From the IMG/VR virus record IMGVR_UViG_3300022220_000003, positions 29,467-93,466 of that record: a stretch of DNA of 64,000 nt; one strand, 5' to 3'. This document shows, piece by piece, positions 25,341-34,775 of the stretch (its first letter is position 1; each line of letters opens with the position of its first letter). The translations under genes were made by a program, and so were the position numbers. The DNA comes from a virus. The notes beneath the pieces are model-generated. The model did not search any database, was not told where the DNA came from, and was given only the letters and a program-made list of their open reading frames with translations.

Positions 25341-26124
25341 ACGACGCACAAGGCGAGAGCAGCTCGATCGTTACCTTGAGGGGGTGCAAAAAGGTGAGGC
25401 GGATCTGGCCCTCCAAGCCGATCTCGAGCTCACCAACGCGGCCTTTTCCCACCTCAAAGAAAACGCCCTCGCAAACGAGATCGAGCGGATAAAGAGCACT
25501 ACCACCGAGCAGACTTATGTTGAATATTGCCTAGCGCAACGGGGTTGTATTGATGATTTAAACACCCTGCTCGACCAGTACCGCGAGGCCAAAAACGCCA
25601 GCGCCATCGTTGGGGCGGTCAAGGCGAGGTCGGACATTATCGACAAAATGATCAAGCTCGGTCAAGATTTTGGGATCATTGAAAAGAAGCCCGAGGAAAA
25701 ACGGATTGTGGCGGGGGTGGTGGTCACCCAGTTGAGCAACGAGGATCTAAAGGCGGCGATCGCCGAGCAGATCTCGAACCTAAACACGTTGGTGACGCAA
25801 TACGGCAACAAAAAGTTGGTGGACGTCGAGCCGGGCGATCTCTACCGCGAATTGCCCGAGCCTAGCAATGTGATCGAGGCCAAGCTCGAGCCGGAACCGG
25901 AACCGGCCCCACCGGCGGAGCCGGAACCGGACCCTGCCCCTGAGCAACCACCACCGGAACCACTTTCCGAGACCATATCCCAACGAGCCAGGCGAATATT
26001 GACGACACCACCGCCACCACCCAAACAACGAGCTTCAAAACGGGCGGAGTCCGATAAACGAAATCGAGCCAAGGCCAATAAAGTGCACCGAGGGCGCCGA
26101 GTTGTGAAGCCCCCGGTGCGGTGA
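25327..26124 (+). CDS. Hypothetical protein, possible terminase small subunit
   Basis: Helical core, Pro-rich and basic tail, upstream of TerL. Confidence 0.4.
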   Translation: MSEDRRRTRREQLDRYLEGVQKGEADLALQADLELTNAAFSHLKENALANEIERIKSTTTEQTYVEYCLAQRGCIDDLNTLLDQYREAKNASAIVGAVKARSDIIDKMIKLGQDFGIIEKKPEEKRIVAGVVVTQLSNEDLKAAIAEQISNLNTLVTQYGNKKLVDVEPGDLYRELPEPSNVIEAKLEPEPEPAPPAEPEPDPAPEQPPPEPLSETISQRARRILTTPPPPPKQRASKRAESDKRNRAKANKVHRGRRVVKPPVR

Positions 26125-26139
26125 TATTTGGATTAAAAC

Positions 26140-26155
26140 CGGCCCCAACGTTGCA
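26140..26155 (+). promoter_or_regulatory. sigma54-type promoter at the head of the packaging/structural operon
   Basis: CGGCCCCAACGTTGCA (GG-N10-GC, TTGCA), intergenic. Confidence 0.5.
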
Positions 26156-26187
26156 GATCAGAAGGGGTCTATCACGAGGAGTGAGAC

Positions 26188-26487
26188 ATGGGCAGCAGCA
26201 CAAGCAGAGTTATGCGGGGCGCGTTCGTTGGGACGGGCGCTGATATCGACATTGAAACCGTAGGTTTTAGGCCGCGATCGGTTCACCTGATCAATCAAGA
26301 CTCGGCCGACGAAATGTGGTGGCATAGCCACATGGCCGACGCCTCCGCGTTCAAACGGGTGACGGCGGGCACGGGATCAATTATCACGACGTTGGGGATC
26401 ACGCCCTTGGCGGCCGGTTTCACATTGGGCGCCGATACCGATCTGAATGTGGACGGTGAGACCGTGCTTTGGGAGGCCACCGAATAG
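26188..26487 (+). CDS. Small virion-type beta protein
   Basis: AGGAG RBS; Gly/Thr-rich. Confidence 0.65.
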   Translation: MGSSTSRVMRGAFVGTGADIDIETVGFRPRSVHLINQDSADEMWWHSHMADASAFKRVTAGTGSIITTLGITPLAAGFTLGADTDLNVDGETVLWEATE

Positions 26488-26554
26488 GGTGGTTTCTCGG
26501 CCGGGCGGGTCGGCTGATCCCCGCTCGGCCACTCATATTTTGAGGAGGTGACCT

Positions 26555-26926
26555 ATGGCCGAGACCTCAGGCAACCCCTTTGGGGCCCCAAGGTACGCTC
26601 GCCACCGATCCGGGGCAACCGGGGTGGACGCGGCGACGATCACCGATCGCAAGGTCGGGATCAATATGACCGAGTACACCCACGCCCATATACAGGTGAT
26701 CCCGTCCGGTGGTGCCAACCCCACGGTGGAGATCCTTTGGTGGAGTGAGGCGGCGGGCCGTTTTATTGAGGATCACACCCTAAACAGCAAAGGCGCCAAA
26801 GGCATCAACGTGCCGTTTGAGCTAACAGTGGATTGTCGTGGCCGTATCATGTTTGTGCGGTTTGACGCCTTGGCGGCGGGTAGTTGCGAGGTAATGGTTT
26901 CGGGATTCCACAGCAGCGCGATCTAG
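26555..26926 (+). CDS. Hypothetical protein
   Basis: GAGGAGGT RBS. Confidence 0.65.
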   Translation: MAETSGNPFGAPRYARHRSGATGVDAATITDRKVGINMTEYTHAHIQVIPSGGANPTVEILWWSEAAGRFIEDHTLNSKGAKGINVPFELTVDCRGRIMFVRFDALAAGSCEVMVSGFHSSAI

Positions 26927-26929
26927 CCA

Positions 26930-28396
26930 ATGCCCGAGCCGATCCCAATGCTCCCCAGCGGTGACGCCTTGGCCGACGCCGGGCGGGATGCATTGATCGA
27001 CTATTACGACCATTGCAAATCGATGGCCGGCGAGTGGGTCTATCGCCAGGTGGTGGATAACTGCCGGGCGGATATCTTGGCGGCGATCCTCGGGTATGAG
27101 GTGCAGCCGTTTCATTTGGCCCTGATGGTGTTTCAAATGCTGCACCCCGACAATTTGCAGCTCTGTTTTCGGGGTGCAGGCAAAACCACCGTTTGCACGG
27201 TGACCCGGGCGATCTTTATGCTGATCCGCAACCGGGACTTGCGGATCCTCATAGCCTCGAAAACCAAGGGCAACGCCGAGAGCATGCTCAAGGAGATCAA
27301 GGGACACCTCGAGGAAAACCAGCGACTGATCGAGGTCTTTGGGTTGTTTTACGATCCGGCGGTGGTGACCAAATGGGATAACACCGAGATCGAGATCCTC
27401 GGGCGCAGCCGCAAGACCAAAGAGAGCTCGATCATAGCAATCGGTGTTTCGGGTGCCTTGGCCTCCAAACACGTTGACGTGATCTTGGCCGATGACTTGG
27501 TGGACGAAGAAAACGCCCGTACCAAGTATATGCGAGACCGCGTCAAGCAGTGGTATTATCAGATCTTGGATCCGGTCCTCGAGCCACCCGAGCCCGGGTT
27601 TTTGCACCGCGGTGAGTTTCACCGGTTGGGGACCAGATATCATTTTGATGACCTATACGGGCATCTGATGTCGAATGAGCTCAAGGAGCACCACCAAGTG
27701 ATCCCCGCGCTCGACTCAAACGAGCGCAGCCCGTGGCCCGAAAAATTTCCGCCCGATTGGTTCAAAGCCAAAAAGGAAAAATCAGGTACGATTATATTCA
27801 ACGCTCAATACCAGTGCGATACCGAGGCAATGAAGGGCGAGATCTTCCAATATGACGATTGCCAACAGGTTTCGGCTGACGACGTGCCCGCGGGTCTCAA
27901 GGTCTACATGGGTGTTGACTTGGCGATCACCGAGCAGGAACAAAACGACATGTTTTGCATAGTGGTGGGAGGTCTAGACCAGGCCGAAAACTGGTATGTG
28001 ATTGACTATTTCGAGGGCCACCTCCGATTTGCAGCCCAAACCGCGGCGATCAAGCGCTACTACAAAAAACACGATCCTATCCGGGCGGCCATTGAGACCA
28101 ATAGCTACCAGGCGGCCCAATACCAGACCCTCAAAGATGAGGATCAGAGCTTGCGGCTTATGCCGGTGCACACCGAGAAAGACAAGATCACCAGAGCTTG
28201 GAAGGTCTCACCGAGGTTTGAAAATAAGCAGATGTTTTTCGTCAAGGGGGGCAATATCCACAAGCTGATCGAGGCGATCGTTTTATTCCCCTCGCATCGA
28301 TACAAGGACCCGTTTGACGCCTTGGACATGATGCTCAGGGCCAGCAAAGTGCGTCGACGCCGCAAGCGGCGACAACGTGAACCGGGGATCATCTGA
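26930..28396 (+). CDS. terL: Terminase large subunit
   Basis: RGAGKTT, ILADDLVD, GTRYH.DD, nuclease GVDLA...D..DA. Confidence 0.95.
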   Translation: MPEPIPMLPSGDALADAGRDALIDYYDHCKSMAGEWVYRQVVDNCRADILAAILGYEVQPFHLALMVFQMLHPDNLQLCFRGAGKTTVCTVTRAIFMLIRNRDLRILIASKTKGNAESMLKEIKGHLEENQRLIEVFGLFYDPAVVTKWDNTEIEILGRSRKTKESSIIAIGVSGALASKHVDVILADDLVDEENARTKYMRDRVKQWYYQILDPVLEPPEPGFLHRGEFHRLGTRYHFDDLYGHLMSNELKEHHQVIPALDSNERSPWPEKFPPDWFKAKKEKSGTIIFNAQYQCDTEAMKGEIFQYDDCQQVSADDVPAGLKVYMGVDLAITEQEQNDMFCIVVGGLDQAENWYVIDYFEGHLRFAAQTAAIKRYYKKHDPIRAAIETNSYQAAQYQTLKDEDQSLRLMPVHTEKDKITRAWKVSPRFENKQMFFVKGGNIHKLIEAIVLFPSHRYKDPFDALDMMLRASKVRRRRKRRQREPGII

Positions 28397-30186
28397 TGAC
28401 AGACAGCACCACCACCGCCACCCGAGTGAGCAACGCCACCAACAAGCGGGCCCTGCGGGCCGTTGTGATCGGCATGCGCAAGCGTGCGGCCGAGGTGCCG
28501 CACCCTAAAAACCTCGAGGAGGGGCGGCCCGAGCCGGGGCAATCCAAGGCCCTCACCGAGGACCCGTTCGAGGCTTTGACGGCCGAGGGTCGGTTGATTG
28601 AACCACCGTTTGACCTGCTCACCTTGGCCATGTTGCCCGAGCATTCGAGCGAGCTCGGCCAATGCGTCGAGGCCTACGAGGTTAATATCGAGGGGTTTGG
28701 GTTTCGGTTTGTGCCGCGGATCCGATCCAATGTAGATATGGCCAAGCTCGATCCGGTGTTGCGTGACGCAGTGCAGCTCGAAAAAACCGAGCTCGAAAAT
28801 TTTTTTGCCTACTGCTCTGGAAGGCTCTCGTGGGTTGAGACGCGGCGGCGGGTGCGAAAGGACCTCGAAACTACAGGCAACGGGTATCTAGAGGTGGTCC
28901 GCAACGCGGCGGGCAAGATCCAAGGGCTCAACCACCTACCAAGTTATCAAATGCGCCTTGGTGGCCTCGATCAAGAGGCGGTCAAGGTGGCATTGCCGAT
29001 TCACGAGCTCCAAACCGATGGGTCTATCAGGATTGTGCGGGTGCCCTCGTGGGAGCGGTTTCGGCGGTTTGCGCAATCACGATCTTTGTTGCTACGCCAT
29101 GCCACCCATGTGGGCCGATACGCGATCCGGTGGTTCAAGGAATTTGGGGATCCACGGGTGTATGACTACGAATCGGGCGAGGAGGCCAAGGGCGAGGATA
29201 TCGCCAAGCTCCCACCCGAGCGGCGGGCCAACGAGTTGATCCATTTCAAGCTTTACAGCCCCCGCAGCCCGTACGGCCTACCTCGGACGATTGGCAATCT
29301 ATTGAGTATCTTTGGCGCGAGAGCGGCCGAGGAGATCAACTACACCACGTTTCGCAACAACAACATACCATCAATGTTGCTCTTGGTATCCAATGGCCAG
29401 CTCACCGAGGGATCAATTGATCGGATCGAGAGCTTTGTCGAATCCCAGATCCAGGGGTCGGACAACTACAGCAAATTTTTACTCGTTGAGGCCGAGGGGC
29501 TCGGCGAGGAGGGCGAGGACACGGGCCACGTCAAGGTCGAGGTTGAGCGGCTTGTTGAGCAACAACACAAAGACGCCCTGTTCCAAAACTACTCGGGCAA
29601 CGCAGACAGCCGGATCCGGCGGGCCTTCCGATTGCCACCGATCCTTGTGGGCCGGGCCGATGATTACACCCGGGCCACGGCGGACACCTCGAGGCGATTG
29701 GCAGACGAGCAGATCTTTGCTCCCGAGCGCAATATCCACGACGATACGGTCAACCGGTTGTTATTTCCCGACATGGGGATCGTGTACCACAAGTACAAGA
29801 GCAACACCCCCAACACCACTGACAACGCCGAGCTAGTCAAGATCCTCGGCGGGGCTGAGAAAACCGGTGGCATGACCCCAAGGATCGCCCGGTTGTTGCT
29901 CGAGGATATTCTTGGCCAAGACTTGCCAGGGTTCCCGGCCGAGTTTGCAGACAAGGCCGATATGCCGTTTAGCCTGCTCATGGCCGAGGCGGTGCAAAAC
30001 AAGGCAGACCCGGCGGAGCCGGGGCAACAGGTAACGGCGATCAAGGCCTTGGACTTTATCGAAAAACTGACCGGTGGGGAGCTCGGCGAAATCGAGGAGG
30101 CCGAGCTCGCCAAAACCGCGGTGCAAATCAATCGGCACTTCGAGAAACGATGGCGCCGAGAGGTCAAGGCTAGTCTAGCGGGATAA
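28396..30186 (+). CDS. Portal protein
   Basis: D.ETTGNGYLEV.RN, ELIHFK, YGLP, F.NN.IP, AFRLPP..VG; follows TerL. Confidence 0.92.
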   Translation: MTDSTTTATRVSNATNKRALRAVVIGMRKRAAEVPHPKNLEEGRPEPGQSKALTEDPFEALTAEGRLIEPPFDLLTLAMLPEHSSELGQCVEAYEVNIEGFGFRFVPRIRSNVDMAKLDPVLRDAVQLEKTELENFFAYCSGRLSWVETRRRVRKDLETTGNGYLEVVRNAAGKIQGLNHLPSYQMRLGGLDQEAVKVALPIHELQTDGSIRIVRVPSWERFRRFAQSRSLLLRHATHVGRYAIRWFKEFGDPRVYDYESGEEAKGEDIAKLPPERRANELIHFKLYSPRSPYGLPRTIGNLLSIFGARAAEEINYTTFRNNNIPSMLLLVSNGQLTEGSIDRIESFVESQIQGSDNYSKFLLVEAEGLGEEGEDTGHVKVEVERLVEQQHKDALFQNYSGNADSRIRRAFRLPPILVGRADDYTRATADTSRRLADEQIFAPERNIHDDTVNRLLFPDMGIVYHKYKSNTPNTTDNAELVKILGGAEKTGGMTPRIARLLLEDILGQDLPGFPAEFADKADMPFSLLMAEAVQNKADPAEPGQQVTAIKALDFIEKLTGGELGEIEEAELAKTAVQINRHFEKRWRREVKASLAG

Positions 30187-31206
30187 ATGAACATCGGGGC
30201 CCTGTTTGATCAGGTCCGAGCCACCGATCAAGCCGTGGCCAAGGCTCTCGGGATCTCGGAGGTGGCGCAAATTGCCCGGACCGAGACGCGCCTCCGTGAA
30301 TACCTCTTGGCCGAGTGGCAGACCCGAGCCAACAAGGCGGCGGCCCAAGCCGCAACATTGACCCGCAAGGGGGCTACAGCTCGCCAAGTCAACGCAGCGG
30401 TGGCCATGGGTCTCAAACCGTGGGCCGAGGTGGTGGCCCCCCGTATGGATCGGGAGCTCGCCAAGGTCTACCGGTTGGCCAAGATCGCGGGATGGCGCAA
30501 AGCAACAGGCCAAACCAAGGCCCCGTTGACCTACGATACCCCGAATTTTGAGCAGATGGCCAAGGCCGCACCCCGTGAGGGATTTGCGGTTTTGCCTACG
30601 TTTGACAAGCTTGACATTGACACGGTTGACGCCCTCACCGAGCAACAGATGTTTTGGCTCGGGGCTCACTACGAGGAAAACGTGGGGGCCACGATAGCTA
30701 GCACCGTGTCGGAGGTGATGGCCCAAGAGGGGCGAAATCGCCAAGTGGCCGCGGTTACGATGCGAGAGCGGCTCGCCGAGACCTTGGGCCAGGTGGTGAC
30801 CCCGGCCGGGTGGCATGGGTCGGTGCGTCAATACATGGAAGGGGTGGCAGCCAATGCCGCCACCGTGGGCCGGGCCTATGGGCAAGTGGCCGCGTTCAAC
30901 GAGGCCGGTGTAACACGCTACGAGATCGCAAATCCCACCGATGAGAGGACTTGTCCGGTTTGCTCGCATATGGACGGTAAAAACTTCACCGTCGAGCAGG
31001 CCAACCAACAGATCGCGGCGGAGCTCAAGGCCGAGAGCAGAGACGATATCAAGTCAACACACCCATGGTACAACTATAAAGAGCTAACGAGTATCAGCCT
31101 CAAGGCCGGCAATGTGAGCCCGCAAGACTCCGCGGCCCTCGCCAAGGCCGGTTTTCCCTTGCCGCCATTCCATTTCAGATGACGTTGCGCCGTTGACGTC
31201 AGTTGA
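30187..31206 (+). CDS. MuF/SPP1 gp7-like head morphogenesis protein; in-frame TGA at 31180-31182 inside the HxxCRC motif
   Basis: DERTCPVC..MDG; PPFHFR-[TGA]-RCAVDVS-stop. Confidence 0.85.
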
Positions 31207-31221
31207 CGTCTAGGAGGCCCC

Positions 31222-33777
31222 ATGCAATTGAGCACGACCCCAACCCGCAGGCGAGCTCGCCGAGCTCGTGTTGTCAAAACCGTGACCTCGCAAGACCTCG
31301 CCACAAGCGGCAAGCTCAAGGATGCGGGTTTGCCCGGTGGGAGTGGGATCACCGAGTTGTGGGGTCTAGCGGTGAGCAAAACGGCGGCGGCCGAGCTCTT
31401 GGTGGGCAAGATCAACACTGTCGCCAAAACGACCGATTTGGACCTATCAAAACGCACGATGGTGGTGCTCGCCGAGGGCCGGGCCCTCGGGGAGGTGCAG
31501 CTCGGCAAAAAGGTTGAGGCGAGGACGTGGGCAATCAAATCGGCCAAGGTTTTTGACCGGCCCAAGCCCACCAACATACCGGCGGTGGCCAATGGTGTGG
31601 TTAAAGGGGTGCGCCTGCTCGAGCGGCTCAAGGCTACAGCAATAGAGGAACCGGTAACCAAGAGCCAGGCCAAAACCTACAATCCGCGGCCAGTGGTCGA
31701 TTCGGTGCTCTTGGCGGACGTGCGGGCCTTAAAAGAGTGGGGCGAGGAGGTGGCTTTCAAAAAGGCGCTCACCGAGGTGGAGCGGCGGGGCTTGCAGCTC
31801 CCCCAGCTCGAGCTTGCCCCCGATACCGATCCCGAGATCTTGACGTCCACCGAGCTCTTGGAGGCCCACCGAGCGCTACATGTGGCCAAGGGGTGGAGCT
31901 CCGAGGACGCGATCAACGTGCATGCCCAGATAGTGGCCGAGCTCGCCGATCGCGGCATGCCTCACCCCGAGCCACCTCCGGGCCTTGATCAACGCTCCGA
32001 GCCGTTGGAGCCGGGCGAGGTCCAGATCACAAAAGCAGCGGCCGAGGTGGCCTTGGCCGAGCTCGTGGCCTCGGTCGAGCAATATCCGGTTTTGGTCCAT
32101 AAACGTGTTGAGGGCCGGGCGGTGGTGGTGGCCAAGACCGGGGATCAAGTCAAAGTGGTCGGTGAGGATGGGACCGATCATACCGCGGAGGTGCCCGAGG
32201 TGGCCCGAGCGGTGGCAGCTCTCAAGGCCGAGGCGGTGGAGCTCGAGGGGGTGCTCGAGCCGTGGCACGGTGGCGAGGTGTTGCAGGTCCAAGATCTCGT
32301 TTATGCCGGCCGGGATCTTCGAGATTGGCCGGTATCCAAGCGGCTCGAGCGATTGGCCGAGCTCGGTATCGAGCAGGCCACCGCGTCAACGCCGAGCCGG
32401 CGGATACCTGTTAACGAGCTCCCCACAATCGAGGCCACAGACGGCGAGGCTCTCGAGCGGGCGATCCGTGTCGTCAAATCCTTACCCGGGGCGGCGGGCG
32501 TGGTGGTGAAGCCCGCAACTTCTATTGACCCGGGCGAGTGGCTCGAGCTCGAGGCCGAGCCGGTGGCCAAGGTTGCGCTCTCGGGGCCGGTGCCTTTTGT
32601 GTGGCGTGGGTCCGAGATCTTGATCGGTACCCCCGGCGGGCGGAGGGTCGAGCGGTGGCAGCTCGAAGGGGAAGCGGCCGAGGCACAGATCGCCAAACGC
32701 CGGGCGCCAATGTCGTGGGGTGCACTGCGGGCCGAGTCCACCGAGCGAGGGGAGGCGGAGCTCGGGGCGGTCAAGCCGTGGTGCCGCGAGTATTTTTTGC
32801 GAGGTGAGCAGGCGGCCCACCGGTTGGTGGTCCGCAAAATGCAGATCGGCGAGCTACAAAAGGCGGTCCATTCGTACACCCAATGCATGGTTTGCCGAGC
32901 GGCCCCTGTAATTGACGTGTTGTGGGCCGATGGCCGCGGCCGAGCTTGGTTTTGCAAGGGGTGTTATCCCAAATGGATCCACAAGGGCGGAGGCGCCAAG
33001 ACTCTCGAAGTGATTGGCACCAAGGCAATTATCGGTGGCCGAGCTCCCGCCAAGTATTCAGACCGCCACAACCGTGTCACAACCACCAAGGCCGCGAGCC
33101 CCCACGAGCTCGGCGAGTGGATTGTAATCCGTTCAAACGACCCCACGCCCATGGTGTTGCAGGCCGAATCAGTAACCAAGCGATGGATCCCACCGCTTGG
33201 TGTGTCAGCCTTGCCGCGATCTGTGGCCGAGCAAGTACCGCTTGATCTCGCCTATTGGCAAGCAGGTACTTTGGTGGAGGCCCGCGAGCTCCGTGATCAA
33301 CTTGTGTCAAAGATTGACAAGGGGGAGGTTGAGATCGATTACTCCGCGGCGTACACACCCAAGCCCGCGTCAGAACCTGTCACACAACCAACTACCGAGC
33401 CGGCGGAATTGTTTGTTTCCATTGCCAAAATTGACACCGACCGGCAAATCGTGACAGGTATAGTCTTAGAACCGGGCGAGGTCGATGCTCAAAACGATAC
33501 TATCACTGCCGAGGTTATCGAAAAAGCATCGATCAATTTTCTGTCCCGGTATAATTCCGAGACTCAACTAGGGTTTATGCACAAAATTTTTGGCGAGATC
33601 GGATTGCAGCTCGCCGCCAGTTGGGTAGCACTGAGTAACCAGACGCTTGGCGGCAAAAAGGTCAAGCGAGGCTCGTGGCTTATGAGCGTCAAGGTTGTGG
33701 ACCCCAAGTTGTGGGCTCGCGTCAAAAAGGGCGAGTTTGCGGGGTTCTCGATCGGCGGTGTTGCAAAGGTGCGATAA
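31222..33777 (+). CDS. Multidomain head protein: degenerate ATP-dependent ligase-like domain plus C-terminal XkdF-type prohead protease
   Basis: RQIVTGIVLEP...DAQND...MH...GSW...VKKGEFAGFSIGG. Confidence 0.8.
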   Translation: MQLSTTPTRRRARRARVVKTVTSQDLATSGKLKDAGLPGGSGITELWGLAVSKTAAAELLVGKINTVAKTTDLDLSKRTMVVLAEGRALGEVQLGKKVEARTWAIKSAKVFDRPKPTNIPAVANGVVKGVRLLERLKATAIEEPVTKSQAKTYNPRPVVDSVLLADVRALKEWGEEVAFKKALTEVERRGLQLPQLELAPDTDPEILTSTELLEAHRALHVAKGWSSEDAINVHAQIVAELADRGMPHPEPPPGLDQRSEPLEPGEVQITKAAAEVALAELVASVEQYPVLVHKRVEGRAVVVAKTGDQVKVVGEDGTDHTAEVPEVARAVAALKAEAVELEGVLEPWHGGEVLQVQDLVYAGRDLRDWPVSKRLERLAELGIEQATASTPSRRIPVNELPTIEATDGEALERAIRVVKSLPGAAGVVVKPATSIDPGEWLELEAEPVAKVALSGPVPFVWRGSEILIGTPGGRRVERWQLEGEAAEAQIAKRRAPMSWGALRAESTERGEAELGAVKPWCREYFLRGEQAAHRLVVRKMQIGELQKAVHSYTQCMVCRAAPVIDVLWADGRGRAWFCKGCYPKWIHKGGGAKTLEVIGTKAIIGGRAPAKYSDRHNRVTTTKAASPHELGEWIVIRSNDPTPMVLQAESVTKRWIPPLGVSALPRSVAEQVPLDLAYWQAGTLVEARELRDQLVSKIDKGEVEIDYSAAYTPKPASEPVTQPTTEPAELFVSIAKIDTDRQIVTGIVLEPGEVDAQNDTITAEVIEKASINFLSRYNSETQLGFMHKIFGEIGLQLAASWVALSNQTLGGKKVKRGSWLMSVKVVDPKLWARVKKGEFAGFSIGGVAKVR

Positions 33778-34725
33778 ATGGCAACCAAAGAGCAACTGAA
33801 GAACGCGCGAGAGTTACTTGATCTAGATGTCAAGGAAGTCTCGTTGGTGGATAAGCCCGCAAACCTGCGGGAATTTTTGATCGTGAAACGTCGAGCCGAG
33901 AGCAATCTCGGTGAGTTTGAGGTTGAGCCCTCGGTGGTCGAGTGGCTCGACAAAATGGCGGGCACCCCCGGGGCCCCCACTGAGTCAATCCAAGCCCTTG
34001 CGGCGGCATTAACAGGAGGCACCCCGATGGAAACTGTGGAAATGATCAAGGCTCGCCACGTTTACGAGGTTGAGGTCCAAAAGGCCGGGCAGACCGAGGA
34101 GACCCCAGAGCAGCTCGAGCAACGGCACGCGGCGGAGCTCGAGCAGGTCCAAAAGGCCGACGCCGACAACCCGGCCGAGCCCGAGGCCAAACCGGCGGAG
34201 CCGGCGGCCGAGCCAGAGACCAAACCGGCGGAGCCCGAGGCCAAACCCGAAACCGAGCCCGTGACCAAAAGCGAGCCGGCGGCCGAGCCCGATCTGGATG
34301 AGGAGCCGGCGGTCGTGATCAAACGGGATGGTTCGATCCACGTGGCGGGCCAGACCGTGCAAAAAGCCAAGACGTTTGGCAAAGCCAAAACCGCCACCCT
34401 GCAAAACGCGGTGCAGGCCTTGGCCAAGCTTTTGGGCGATGTGTCCGAGGACGCGCTCAAGTCCGCCATGGCTCCCTACATGGACCCATCCAAAAAGGTG
34501 GAGACCACCAAGGCGGCCGATACCGAGCCGGCGGCGGAGCCAACCCCGGCGGTGAACCCGGCCGAGTTGATCACCAAGGCGGTGGCCACCGCGCTCGAGC
34601 CAATCGCCAAGCGGCTCGAGGAGATCGAAAAAACTCGCAACCCGTCGCAATCGGTGGAGGGTGACGGCGGGACAGACAACCAATCGACCAAGGTCGAAAA
34701 AAGCATTTGGGCTGGAGTACTTTAG
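33778..34725 (+). CDS. Scaffold protein with an N-terminal EVSLVDxPAN protease segment
   Basis: EVSLVDKPAN; Pro/Ala/Glu-rich repeats; precedes the capsid gene. Confidence 0.75.
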   Translation: MATKEQLKNARELLDLDVKEVSLVDKPANLREFLIVKRRAESNLGEFEVEPSVVEWLDKMAGTPGAPTESIQALAAALTGGTPMETVEMIKARHVYEVEVQKAGQTEETPEQLEQRHAAELEQVQKADADNPAEPEAKPAEPAAEPETKPAEPEAKPETEPVTKSEPAAEPDLDEEPAVVIKRDGSIHVAGQTVQKAKTFGKAKTATLQNAVQALAKLLGDVSEDALKSAMAPYMDPSKKVETTKAADTEPAAEPTPAVNPAELITKAVATALEPIAKRLEEIEKTRNPSQSVEGDGGTDNQSTKVEKSIWAGVL

Positions 34726-34775
34726 CCTCTCGTGGCGAGGGCTAGTTTAGATAACACACCTGAGGAGGACAAACC

